From an uncultured Lachnospiraceae bacterium (lineage in GTDB: Bacteria > Bacillota > Clostridia > Lachnospirales > Lachnospiraceae), in the NCBI GenBank assembly GCA_902762905.1, contig CACWQE010000006.1, positions 113-64,112 on the forward strand: a DNA stretch of 64,000 nucleotides. The letters are read 5' to 3'. The position numbers and the translations under genes are program-made. Positions 1 through 8,696 of the stretch are shown piece after piece (positions within the stretch are counted from its first letter, which is position 1; every line of letters begins with the position of its first letter). The notes beneath the pieces are model-generated. The model was not told where the DNA came from. It did not search any database and worked only from the letters and a program-made list of their open reading frames with translations.

Positions 1-122
1 TTGCGAGTGATGAGTAGCGAGAGCGTGCCTGCTATGATATGTTATATCCCAAACAACCGATTTGAAACCCAATGTTTCGCGCGTCCGTCTTCACTTACGC
101 TGTGCAAGGGGGTGAGTGCACT

Positions 123-2699
123 TTAGGATGCGATCAGTTGATCGTCTTTCACATCAATTGTAATAACATCCTGTGCTCCTACATTTCCAGCAAGAATCAG
201 TTTTGCAACAAGCGTATCTACATTCTTCTGGATATAACGTTTCAATGGACGTGCACCATAGATTGGATCGTAACCGTGATCCATAATATAACTCTTTGCT
301 TCGTCGGTAATCTTAAGCGTTAATTCTTTGTCCGCTAATCGTTTATTAAGGTCCGTTACTAACAGATCAATAATGTTACCAATATTATCCTTGGTTAATG
401 GCTTGAACATAATCGTCTCATCCAAACGATTCAGGAATTCCGGACGGAAATGCATACGCAGATCTTCCATGACCTTATTCTTGGCATCCTCTGTAATCTC
501 ACCATTCTCACCAATTCCATCTAGCAGATAAGAAGATCCAATATTGGATGTCATGATCAGAATCGTATTCTTAAAGTCAACTGTCTTACCCTTAGAATCG
601 GTAATACGACCATCATCTAATACCTGTAATAATACGTTAAATACGTCCGGATGTGCTTTCTCAATCTCATCAAACAAGACAACGGAATATGGCTTTCTTC
701 TGACTGCTTCTGTCAACTGACCACCTTCATCATATCCAACATATCCCGGAGGCGCTCCGATCAGACGTGCCACAGAATGTTTCTCCATATACTCACTCAT
801 ATCAATACGCACCATATTGGCTTCATTATCAAACAAGGCCTGTGCCAATGTCTTCGCAAGTTCTGTCTTACCAACACCTGTCGGTCCTAAGAACAGGAAC
901 GAACCGATTGGTTTCGTTGGATCTTTGATTCCCGCTTTGGAACGAATGATAGAATCGGATACCAATTCCACTGCCTCATCCTGTCCTACCACACGGGTAT
1001 GCAGGGCATCTGCCAAATGCAAGGTCTTATTTCTTTCACTCTCTGTCAATTTTGAGACCGGAATTCCTGTCCATTTTGATACGATAGAAGCAATCTCTTC
1101 CTCTGATACATTCTCATGTACCATCGCTTTCTCCTTATCACTTTCCTTTGCCTCTAATTCTTCCAATTCTTTCTGTAACTGTGGCAGCTTACCATACTGA
1201 AGTTCTGCTGCCTTATTGAGATCGTAGCCACGCTGTGCAATCTGAATCTCATTATTGACCTGTTCAATCTCTTCCTTGAGTTCCCGGATCTTATCTACAC
1301 CCTTCTTCTCATTATCCCAGTCTGCTTTCATGGAAGCAAACTTCTCACGCAGTTCCCGAAGTTCTTCCTGCAGCTTCTCTAACCGTTCCTTGCTTAACCG
1401 GTCTTCCTCGTTCTTAAGAGCAGCTTCTTCAATCTCCAACTGCATCATACGACGCCGGATCTCATCCAGTTCTACCGGCATGGAATCCAATTCTGTCTTG
1501 ATCAGAGCACATGCTTCATCGACTAAGTCGATTGCCTTATCCGGCAGGAACCGGTCTGTAATATAACGATTTGAAAGGGTAGCTGCAGCCACAATCGCAC
1601 CATCTGTAATCTTAACGCCATGATATACCTCGTAACGGTTCTTCAGGCCACGCAAAATAGATATCGTATCTTCAACGGTTGGCTCATTCACCATAACCGG
1701 CTGGAATCGACGTTCCAGTGCGGCATCCGTCTCGATATACTTCCGGTATTCATCCAGAGTCGTTGCACCGATACAATGCAATTCACCTCTTGCAAGCATT
1801 GGCTTCAACATATTACCTGCATCCAGCGCTCCATCTGTCTTACCAGCACCTACAATCGTATGCAGCTCATCAATAAATAGGATAATCTCTCCATCCGACT
1901 TCTTGATCTCATCTAATACTGCTTTCAGACGTTCCTCAAATTCACCACGATACTTGGCACCTGCAATTAAAGCACCCATATCCAAAGCAAATATCTTCTT
2001 ATCCTTCAAACCTTCTGGTACATCACCTCTGACAATACGCTGTGCCAGACCTTCTACCGCTGCGGTCTTACCAACACCAGGTTCGCCGATCAGCACTGGG
2101 TTGTTCTTCGTCTTACGGGAAAGGATACGGATAATATTCCGAATCTCAGAATCCCTGCCAATTACCGGATCAAGTTTCTGCTCCCTTGCATGTTTAACCA
2201 GATCATATCCATACTTCTCCAGACTGTCATAGGTTGCTTCCGGATTATCGCTCTCTACACGCTGTCCACCTCTTACATCTGCTAATACTTTCAAAAAACG
2301 ATCTTCCGTAATTCCATATTCCCCAAACAAACCTTTCAATGCTTTGTTCGGATGTTTCAATAATGCTAAGAAGATATGCTCAACAGAAATGTATTCATCT
2401 CCCATCTGCTTTGCTTCTTTCTCAGCATTCACAAATGTCTTCTGAAAGTCTGAACTGGTAAACAGATTGCCACCGGATACTTTCGGACGATATGCTACTA
2501 ACTTCTCTGCTTCTTTCGAAAATTGCTCCAAATCTATGTCCATCTTCTCAATCAGTTTGGCAATCAGACTTTCTTCTACTGTCAATAAACTATATAAAAT
2601 ATGCTCCTGATCAATCTCCTGATTATTATATTCATAGGCAAGCTTCTCGCAATTCTCTACTACTTCTAATGATTTCTTCGTAAATTTCTCTGCGTTCAT
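123..2699 (-). CDS. clpB: ATP-dependent chaperone ClpB (two AAA+ modules with a coiled-coil middle domain)
   Basis: The 862-aa ORF has two Walker A motifs ([16 protein letters not shown]), a Clp N-domain and a long M-domain coiled coil. I prefer the ATG at 2699 ([10 protein letters not shown]), which follows AAAGGTGGG, over the track start at 2711. Confidence 0.95.
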   Translation of the reverse strand: MNAEKFTKKSLEVVENCEKLAYEYNNQEIDQEHILYSLLTVEESLIAKLIEKMDIDLEQFSKEAEKLVAYRPKVSGGNLFTSSDFQKTFVNAEKEAKQMGDEYISVEHIFLALLKHPNKALKGLFGEYGITEDRFLKVLADVRGGQRVESDNPEATYDSLEKYGYDLVKHAREQKLDPVIGRDSEIRNIIRILSRKTKNNPVLIGEPGVGKTAAVEGLAQRIVRGDVPEGLKDKKIFALDMGALIAGAKYRGEFEERLKAVLDEIKKSDGEIILFIDELHTIVGAGKTDGALDAGNMLKPMLARGELHCIGATTLDEYRKYIETDAALERRFQPVMVNEPTVEDTISILRGLKNRYEVYHGVKITDGAIVAAATLSNRYITDRFLPDKAIDLVDEACALIKTELDSMPVELDEIRRRMMQLEIEEAALKNEEDRLSKERLEKLQEELRELREKFASMKADWDNEKKGVDKIRELKEEIEQVNNEIQIAQRGYDLNKAAELQYGKLPQLQKELEELEAKESDKEKAMVHENVSEEEIASIVSKWTGIPVSKLTESERNKTLHLADALHTRVVGQDEAVELVSDSIIRSKAGIKDPTKPIGSFLFLGPTGVGKTELAKTLAQALFDNEANMVRIDMSEYMEKHSVARLIGAPPGYVGYDEGGQLTEAVRRKPYSVVLFDEIEKAHPDVFNVLLQVLDDGRITDSKGKTVDFKNTILIMTSNIGSSYLLDGIGENGEITEDAKNKVMEDLRMHFRPEFLNRLDETIMFKPLTKDNIGNIIDLLVTDLNKRLADKELTLKITDEAKSYIMDHGYDPIYGARPLKRYIQKNVDTLVAKLILAGNVGAQDVITIDVKDDQLIAS

Positions 2700-2798
2700 A
2701 ATAAGTCCCACCTTTCTATCTATGTGATCTGATTTCCGGGATATTCCCCATTCAGACCACCGTTATTTTCTTGAACAATGTTAGAATATCATTTTTTG

Positions 2799-2825
2799 TT
2801 AGCACTGTCAATAGGTGAGTGCTAA
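2799..2825. promoter_or_regulatory. CIRCE-like inverted repeat (HrcA operator) in the clpB upstream region
   Basis: The sequence is TTAGCACTG-N9-GAGTGCTAA, against the consensus TTAGCACTC-N9-GAGTGCTAA (17/18 match). On the clpB strand the spacer contains TTGACA, followed 17 nt later by TATTCT. Confidence 0.75.
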
Positions 2826-3008
2826 AATTGTCAGAAAATTTTATTTTCTTTATATTCTTTTGTTTTTAGGAGATTTGATTGCCCGATATCAGAGACTGTG
2901 CTACAATATCGGAAGATTTTACGGCAGAAAAATTCGCATGATGTTGAGGACAAACAGTATTACACCCTTGCATCATACATATTATTATAAGGACAAGAAG
3001 GTGCAGCA

Positions 3009-3917
3009 ATGAATGAACATAAGAATCAATTAATCGGAATTCCACTTGTACTACTTGCAGGATGTCTCTGGGGATTAAGCGGTGTACTTGGTCAACTACT
3101 CTTTCAAAGTACCGATATTACAATCGGTTTTGTCAGCACGATTCGTATGCTGGAGTCCGGTATCGGTATTCTTGCCCTTTGCATCATCCGAAAAGACTCC
3201 TCCCTTCTTGCCATCTGGAAAGATAAGAAAGCAATTCTACGACTTATGTTCTTTGCCATAGCCGGTGTTATGTCTGTACAATACACTTACTTTTCTGCCA
3301 TTGCTGCATCCAATGCCGCAACCGGTACGGTATTGCAGTATACCTACCCTATACTAATGCTGCTCTATACAGCATTTTATATGAAAAAAATGCCATCCGT
3401 ACAGGAGATTTTTGCCATCCTGTTTGCATTTCTTGGCATTGTACTGATTTCCACTCATGGCAATCTTCACTCATTAAGTATATCCAAAGCGGCTTTGATC
3501 TGGGGACTTTCCTCTGCGGTTGCTTTTGTCATCTACACAGTATCCCCGCAGAAGCTGCACAACCAATATAGCATTTTCTCCGTGACCGGCTGGGGATTCC
3601 TTCTCGCCGGAATCCTGATGTGCATCATTACGAAAAGCTATGCCGCACACATGCAATTTACAACCAGATCGTTCCTACTTGTTACTGCAATCGCTTTATT
3701 CGGAACTTTAATTCCGTTCTTAATCTATGGTTTTGGTGTCCGGCTGTTAGGGAATGTAAAAGCAAGTCTGTTCGCCACGGTAGAACCCGTTGTCAGTGCA
3801 ATCCTTGCTTTCTTTCTTGCTGATGTTACATTCACCAAAGTAGATATTGGGGGATTCATCTGTATCTTAGGTGCTATACAGGTTGTTGCCATGCAGGCGG
3901 TACGTAAAAATACATAA
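3009..3917 (+). CDS. EamA/DMT-superfamily permease
   Basis: The 302-aa product has about 10 predicted TM helices arranged as two EamA-like halves. It is one of the few plus-strand genes. Confidence 0.75.
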   Translation: MNEHKNQLIGIPLVLLAGCLWGLSGVLGQLLFQSTDITIGFVSTIRMLESGIGILALCIIRKDSSLLAIWKDKKAILRLMFFAIAGVMSVQYTYFSAIAASNAATGTVLQYTYPILMLLYTAFYMKKMPSVQEIFAILFAFLGIVLISTHGNLHSLSISKAALIWGLSSAVAFVIYTVSPQKLHNQYSIFSVTGWGFLLAGILMCIITKSYAAHMQFTTRSFLLVTAIALFGTLIPFLIYGFGVRLLGNVKASLFATVEPVVSAILAFFLADVTFTKVDIGGFICILGAIQVVAMQAVRKNT

Positions 3918-3937
3918 TGTAACAACTATTAACAGAT

Positions 3938-3973
3938 AAATGCCCTATCCGAATGGAGTTGGATAGGGCATTT
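3938..3973. terminator. Hairpin between the convergent EamA gene and the ABC operon
   Basis: Arms AAATGCCCTATCC and GGATAGGGCATTT form a 13-bp perfect stem with a 10-nt loop. The T-tract is weak (TTTGCTAT). Confidence 0.5.
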
Positions 3974-4168
3974 GCTATATGTGATCCTATGTAATGTATA
4001 TGTAAGAAGCTGTCGAGATCAGTCTCTTGCATAGTACCGGATAATGCAGGGGACATTACCGGCTTTCATTGACATAGGTTGTCACCCGGTTTTGGATGAT
4101 CTTAGCGGTTTCGTCTGATATGACATTAGAAATTGTAGTGGAATTTCCTTACATAAGTACATCATTCT

Positions 4169-4798
4169 CTATAAAGATTGAAGTTGACCATTTTCAATTT
4201 CATATACTTGATCACAGAGAATATCAATATCTTCCCGATTGTGACTAGTAAAAAGTATAGTTTTTCCCTCTTTTTTATAATTGAGGAGTAACGATCGCAT
4301 TTGTTGAGTTCCCTCTCGATCAAGACCATTGAATGGTTCATCTAAAATTAATATTTCAGGATTTTCCATAAAGGCTTGTGCCAGACCAAGTCGTTGTCGC
4401 ATACCGAGAGAATATTTTTTGACTAGTTTATTTCTATCTTGATATAGTCCTGTAGCTTGAAGGGCTTGTTCAATTTCATCTTTTCCAATCTTGTTTTTTA
4501 ATTTAGCTAACATAAGCAGATTTTTGTAACCACTGTAATATGGTAAAAATCCGGGTGTTTCAATAATAAACCCCATATTTTCTGGAAAATCAATGTCCTT
4601 TCCAATTTCTTTTCCCTGTACAAAAATTTTTCCTGTAAATGTATTATGAAAGCCGCAAATACATTTCATAAGCATGGTTTTCCCTGAACCATTTGTTCCA
4701 ATCAGCCCTGTTATATCACCTTTATTAGCTATAAATGTTATGTCATGTAGAATTTCCTGTTTATGATATTGTAAATAAACATGTTGTATTTCAATCAT
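4169..4798 (-). CDS. ABC transporter ATP-binding protein, ABC-2/LanF-like
   Basis: Walker A is GTNGSGKT, the signature is YSLGMRQR (the SLGMxQR variant typical of lantibiotic/bacitracin-type protection ABC ATPases), Walker B is ILILDEP and the H-loop is TSH. Confidence 0.85.
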   Translation of the reverse strand: MIEIQHVYLQYHKQEILHDITFIANKGDITGLIGTNGSGKTMLMKCICGFHNTFTGKIFVQGKEIGKDIDFPENMGFIIETPGFLPYYSGYKNLLMLAKLKNKIGKDEIEQALQATGLYQDRNKLVKKYSLGMRQRLGLAQAFMENPEILILDEPFNGLDREGTQQMRSLLLNYKKEGKTILFTSHNREDIDILCDQVYEIENGQLQSL

Positions 4799-4818
4799 AT
4801 TTGACCTCCGTAAAAATA

Positions 4819-5685
4819 TTAATTTTGGGAAAGAATATCCAAATGGACACTTGTTGCTTTCTTAAGAATAGAAACATAGATCGTCACAATTAATACTCCG
4901 AATAATAGTAAAGAATTTGAAGGAGAAAAGGCATATGCTCTATAATAATCTTGATAGTGTATCCAAAGGATGGAATGACTGATAGGAAAACACCATTTTT
5001 GCGGGGTGTCTATGGTACAAAAGGCAATTCCAATTATAATATTTGCAATAATTAACCAATACCCAATCAGTTTTCGCCCATATAAAGCAGCCCATAGTAG
5101 GAGGCCGCTCCATAGAATAAGTGACAGTCCAAGTAATAGATATGATAGAGCAAATGCTTTTCCGGGAGTCATTTGAAGGTACAGATTCGGCGGTAATAAG
5201 CTTGACATGCCGATTGATCCATCATTAATATACTTTGAATCGTAATCTGTTGCAACAAGACTCCATGCATTTGCTAAATAGGAAACATGACTGGTTTGTA
5301 TCAGCGTAGTAATAATAATAAACGAAATATATGTCAGAAGACTGGTAAATTGAAATACAATTTCCCCCAATATCCAATTGCATCTTCCTGCTCTAGAAAG
5401 AACAAAGCACATATTAGCATCCATACAGGGAAAATCTGCCATTAATGTTAGATAGGCAAATGGTATCAATAACAGAATTAAACCGGAATTGGCTAAAGAA
5501 ATACACGGTTCTAATATGTTGAGGGGTTGTTGCATCTTATTCGCACAATCTAATATAGGAAGAATAATAGTTTCTCGCAAAGGGACAATTAAAACAAAAA
5601 ATAAAATACTTTTGGGGCTACTAAGCCAACGAATGTATTCTGTCCGTGCAACAGCATATATTGAATTTAAGTTATATTTTGTCAT
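4819..5685 (-). CDS. Polytopic membrane protein, putative ABC-2-type permease subunit
   Basis: The 288-aa product has about 6-7 hydrophobic helices. Its start overlaps the stop of the upstream gene, and it is followed 20 nt later by the ATPase gene. Confidence 0.55.
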   Translation of the reverse strand: MTKYNLNSIYAVARTEYIRWLSSPKSILFFVLIVPLRETIILPILDCANKMQQPLNILEPCISLANSGLILLLIPFAYLTLMADFPCMDANMCFVLSRAGRCNWILGEIVFQFTSLLTYISFIIITTLIQTSHVSYLANAWSLVATDYDSKYINDGSIGMSSLLPPNLYLQMTPGKAFALSYLLLGLSLILWSGLLLWAALYGRKLIGYWLIIANIIIGIAFCTIDTPQKWCFPISHSILWIHYQDYYRAYAFSPSNSLLLFGVLIVTIYVSILKKATSVHLDILSQN

Positions 5686-6395
5686 ATTCCGACCTCCCTA
5701 ACACGATATTTCCAGATTTGGAATCCAACGGCGATAGATAATATTAGGAAAAAGAATGAGGAAGCAACTACATGATTTAAAAAAATATTTTGCATAATAT
5801 AATTTAGTAAAAAAGGAAGAGATAATACAACATATTTACTTGAAAAAATTCCTGCAAATGTCCATGCACACGAAGACATTGCAGCACCCCACAACATCAT
5901 TTGCAATATTAAAATAAACATATTTTTGACTTGAATCAAAAGGGAATCCTGTACACCCACAGCTTTGAGTGCTCCGTATTTTGCATCTATAGGAAACATA
6001 CATTTTGTAAATAATGCGTATATAATAAGTCCTGTACCAATAAGAAGTCCACCGCATAGTATAACACGAAAGTAGGATCTTTTTATATAGTTGTACAAGC
6101 CAATGCGTCCTATGCTAAAGCGATAAAAAGAAGTATATTGTTCATCTAAGAATATAGGTATAGTTGGTATTGCAGCCAGAATCGGTAATAGCAGAATAAT
6201 CCAACTATTAAGTCCAGCAGTAAATGCAGTGTACCAACTATATCTTGTGGAATTCTGTGAAGATACAGAAAATGCTATTTCCGCCACTGAATAGTTTCTA
6301 CCGTTCATATTTGTAATTGTGCCGGTCATACAAGTTAATGTAACTGCTAATATACCAATTATAAAATAGAATACATTTATTCGTGTATGTTTCAT
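5682..6395 (-). CDS. Polytopic membrane protein, putative second ABC-2-type permease subunit
   Basis: The 237-aa product has about 6 hydrophobic helices. It overlaps both neighbouring genes by 4 nt. Confidence 0.55.
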   Translation of the reverse strand: MKHTRINVFYFIIGILAVTLTCMTGTITNMNGRNYSVAEIAFSVSSQNSTRYSWYTAFTAGLNSWIILLLPILAAIPTIPIFLDEQYTSFYRFSIGRIGLYNYIKRSYFRVILCGGLLIGTGLIIYALFTKCMFPIDAKYGALKAVGVQDSLLIQVKNMFILILQMMLWGAAMSSCAWTFAGIFSSKYVVLSLPFLLNYIMQNIFLNHVVASSFFFLILSIAVGFQIWKYRVREVGI

Positions 6396-7585
6396 TTTAA
6401 TGTAAATCCTTTCTCGTTTATATTGGTTGTAACTTCTCCGGTTATCATATTGACATTAATATAACAATAATGATTACCCTCAGAGATTCCAATAGATGAG
6501 TTATCCTTACTATATTCAATCATAAAAGAATATACTGGTGTTCCTGTTACTGTATTGCCTGATGCAGCATAGTATTTCGTGCCACTCGTATAGTCGTAAT
6601 CTACATAGAGCGCATACAAGATTTGTATATCGGCAATTGTAATTTTCTGAAATCCAGATAATGTGTGTTCTACAATTTGTACCGCAGTTGGAAAATCAAT
6701 GACTTCTGTTTGTTCTTCAGAAGCATTAATAGATAACATTCCGTTATTGTTAAATCTGGAAATTTGATTTGGCTGTGTAAGATCAAGATTAATATAATTG
6801 TCCATCTGACGAACATATGGATTGCCGTCTTTTTCCTCGATTCCACCACCAAAATAATCTAAAGAAATCCCTTTGTATTGCCACTGAGCCTGCATGGATA
6901 AATAGTAAGTCCCGTTTTGACGTTTACGAATATATACGGTTTTGATAGGATATGTATAATCATTATCTAGAAGAGGACACCTCAAAAGCCATGTATTGAC
7001 ATATTGTATCTGATCAATAAGCGTAGTCGTTTGTCCATCAATTGCGCAAGCAATTTTTAAATTATTCTCTTTTTCGGGATATATTATATCTGTTATTTGA
7101 TTTGGCATATCAAGTTCCATATCATCATAGCTTTGATCGGAAATATATGAGATAGTGCCATTATTTCCAATAAAAAAATATTTTTTCTCAGTGGCATTTT
7201 CGTATACGACACCTGTATCTCCTTGTAGAGCACCTTCATAATTTTGCCAATTGGGATGAGGGATATCCCAAATTGCTGAATATTCCCCTTTTTTTGAAGA
7301 CATTTCAACAGGAAAGGACAACTTGAGAAGATCAATTTCCTTCACATTAGAAAAATCAATATTTGATGGAAGATTAAGATTTTGAGGTGTGAAAGAAAGC
7401 ATATCAATCGAACTTTGTCTTAGTTCTGAGATGGTACAATAATTTAACGTTGTTTCTTCCATTTGGTTGTTTTCTTGATATTTGCTTTTGCGTTCCAAAA
7501 CTGCAGTTGGTGCCTGCTGACATGCAGCCAGCAGGCATAATATACAGCAGACACACAGTATAAAATACACCTTTTTATTTGCCAT
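6392..7585 (-). CDS. Lipoprotein of unknown function
   Basis: The signal peptide ends in the lipobox LLAAC. The mature part is Asn/Tyr/Gln-rich and I recognise no domain in it. Confidence 0.7.
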   Translation of the reverse strand: MANKKVYFILCVCCILCLLAACQQAPTAVLERKSKYQENNQMEETTLNYCTISELRQSSIDMLSFTPQNLNLPSNIDFSNVKEIDLLKLSFPVEMSSKKGEYSAIWDIPHPNWQNYEGALQGDTGVVYENATEKKYFFIGNNGTISYISDQSYDDMELDMPNQITDIIYPEKENNLKIACAIDGQTTTLIDQIQYVNTWLLRCPLLDNDYTYPIKTVYIRKRQNGTYYLSMQAQWQYKGISLDYFGGGIEEKDGNPYVRQMDNYINLDLTQPNQISRFNNNGMLSINASEEQTEVIDFPTAVQIVEHTLSGFQKITIADIQILYALYVDYDYTSGTKYYAASGNTVTGTPVYSFMIEYSKDNSSIGISEGNHYCYINVNMITGEVTTNINEKGFTLK

Positions 7586-7599
7586 GTGTGTACTCCTTT

Positions 7600-7986
7600 T
7601 TAATAGGTTAAACTACCTGAAGGGTATGAGTTTGAACTTCCCGTACTTTGAAAATTAGCAGATGCATATATCGCAGTTCCTTTTGTTGTTTGTACAGATG
7701 ATGAACCGCTTCCTGAATATAAAGCTGCAATACCGTTACTTGTATAAACCATTATAGTAGCACCGCCACCAACTTTTGATACTTTCATCGTTGTTGTACC
7801 ACATGTTGTAGTTACACTTTTACTCCATGATGAGATCTGATCTGATCCCGGGGCTCCTTTAATATATCTTAAACTCCAGTCCTTTGAAGCAGCTTGAGTG
7901 TTTACACCCGCCATACATAATAAGCATGCCATTAAAGATGCTACAACAAATAAATTTTTAGATATTTTTTTAATATTTTTCATCAT
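7600..7986 (-). CDS. Small secreted Ser/Thr/Gly-rich protein of unknown function
   Basis: The track ORF begins at a TTG. I prefer the ATG at 7986, which is preceded by GGAGGA. It carries a Sec signal peptide (MMKNIKKISKNLFVVASLMACLLCMAGVNTQA|AS). The mature product is about 95 aa and is predicted to be beta-rich. Confidence 0.7.
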   Translation of the reverse strand: MMKNIKKISKNLFVVASLMACLLCMAGVNTQAASKDWSLRYIKGAPGSDQISSWSKSVTTTCGTTTMKVSKVGGGATIMVYTSNGIAALYSGSGSSSVQTTKGTAIYASANFQSTGSSNSYPSGSLTY

Positions 7987-8254
7987 ATGAATTTCCTCCA
8001 ATATCTTGAAAATAGTTAATATACATGTTACAATATGATTTGCAATTTTTGGGGGCTTTCTGCAATCTTATCTCATTAAGAAAACAGAAAGCCTTATTCA
8101 ATTGGTGGACTATCTTCCATTGTACTCCCCCTTTCTTTATGATAATCATCCCCTGTCAACCGTCGCCCCGTACTTATGTTTCATTGTAACAGATTTGATA
8201 CGCAATGAACGTTTTCGGGGGCGAGTGGTCGATATTCAGAGGTGAACAGTAATT

Positions 8255-8425
8255 TTATTTACTATTCTTAGTGTGATTGAGTGCAAATTCTGCAAAACCA
8301 TCCGGTTCTTTTGGCTGATAATACATACCTCTACACACAGAAACTGTAACTGTTGCCAACGCAATTGCTAGATTGCATAGTTTTGCACCGTGCTTGTACA
8401 TAAATGTGGACATCCTTTTTCTCAT
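8255..8425 (-). CDS. agrD: AgrD-like autoinducing-peptide precursor (56 aa, absent from the ORF track)
   Basis: Hand translation gives MRKRMSTFMYKHGAKLCNLAIALATVTVSVCRGMYYQPKEPDGFAEFALNHTKNSK. AAAGGAGGA lies 6 nt upstream of the ATG. The product has a basic/amphipathic N-terminal region, a Cys-containing pentapeptide (CRGMY) directly followed by YQPKEP and a charged tail, and the gene is adjacent to agrB. Confidence 0.75.
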   Translation of the reverse strand: MRKRMSTFMYKHGAKLCNLAIALATVTVSVCRGMYYQPKEPDGFAEFALNHTKNSK

Positions 8426-8490
8426 ACATAGTCCTCCTTTTCATATGTATTGTCCAACTTTATAATCGAACAATCAAATTGTAACACTTC

Positions 8491-8530
8491 ATTCACACTG
8501 ATTGACAAAATCACTGACGAATTGTCAAAA
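8491..8530. promoter_or_regulatory. Imperfect 20-bp direct repeat, candidate LytTR-regulator binding site in the divergent agrD/agrB region
   Basis: ATTGACAAAA (8501-8510) and ATTGTCAAAA (8521-8530) are in 20-bp register. On the minus strand the units read TTTTGACAAT..TCAGTGA and TTTTGTCAAT.CAGTGTGA. An extended -10 (TGTTACAAT, 8478-8486, minus strand) lies downstream. Confidence 0.45.
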
Positions 8531-8578
8531 ACAGGGGACGAAATGCATTGATATAATCTTTTGCATTTCATCCCCTGT
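8531..8578. repeat. Inverted repeat with 17-nt arms (hairpin or palindromic operator) between agrD and agrB
   Basis: Arms ACAGGGGACGAAATGCA and TGCATTTCATCCCCTGT are complementary at 16/17 positions, with a 14-nt loop that contains TATAAT (8552-8557). Read on the minus strand the hairpin is followed by TTTTTG. Confidence 0.6.
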
Positions 8579-8696
8579 TTCTGACCTTTCATCTGGTATA
8601 TGTTATATGTAATTTTCCATATGCTATAATCCCCTTTATAAAATGTTTGCAATACTATATTGCCAACATATAAAAATAAAGGAATGAGGTGCTTAC

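Noticed and set aside
1-122. Sequence downstream of clpB, examined for a terminator or a gene fragment.
   Set aside because: There is only a 5-bp stem (GTGCA...TGCAC) and no U-tract. No ORF or recognisable RNA motif is present, and the segment is too short at the window edge to call anything.
2815-3012. A 65-aa plus-strand ORF upstream of the EamA gene.
   Set aside because: It starts at a GTG inside the CIRCE palindrome, has no RBS and gives a low-complexity product. It is more likely 5' UTR or promoter DNA of the EamA gene.
8422-8652. A 76-aa track ORF spanning the agrD-agrB intergenic region.
   Set aside because: It runs through the direct repeats, the 17-nt-arm palindrome and the agrD SD, and ends inside the agrD start region. 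It has no RBS. The region is better explained as regulatory DNA.
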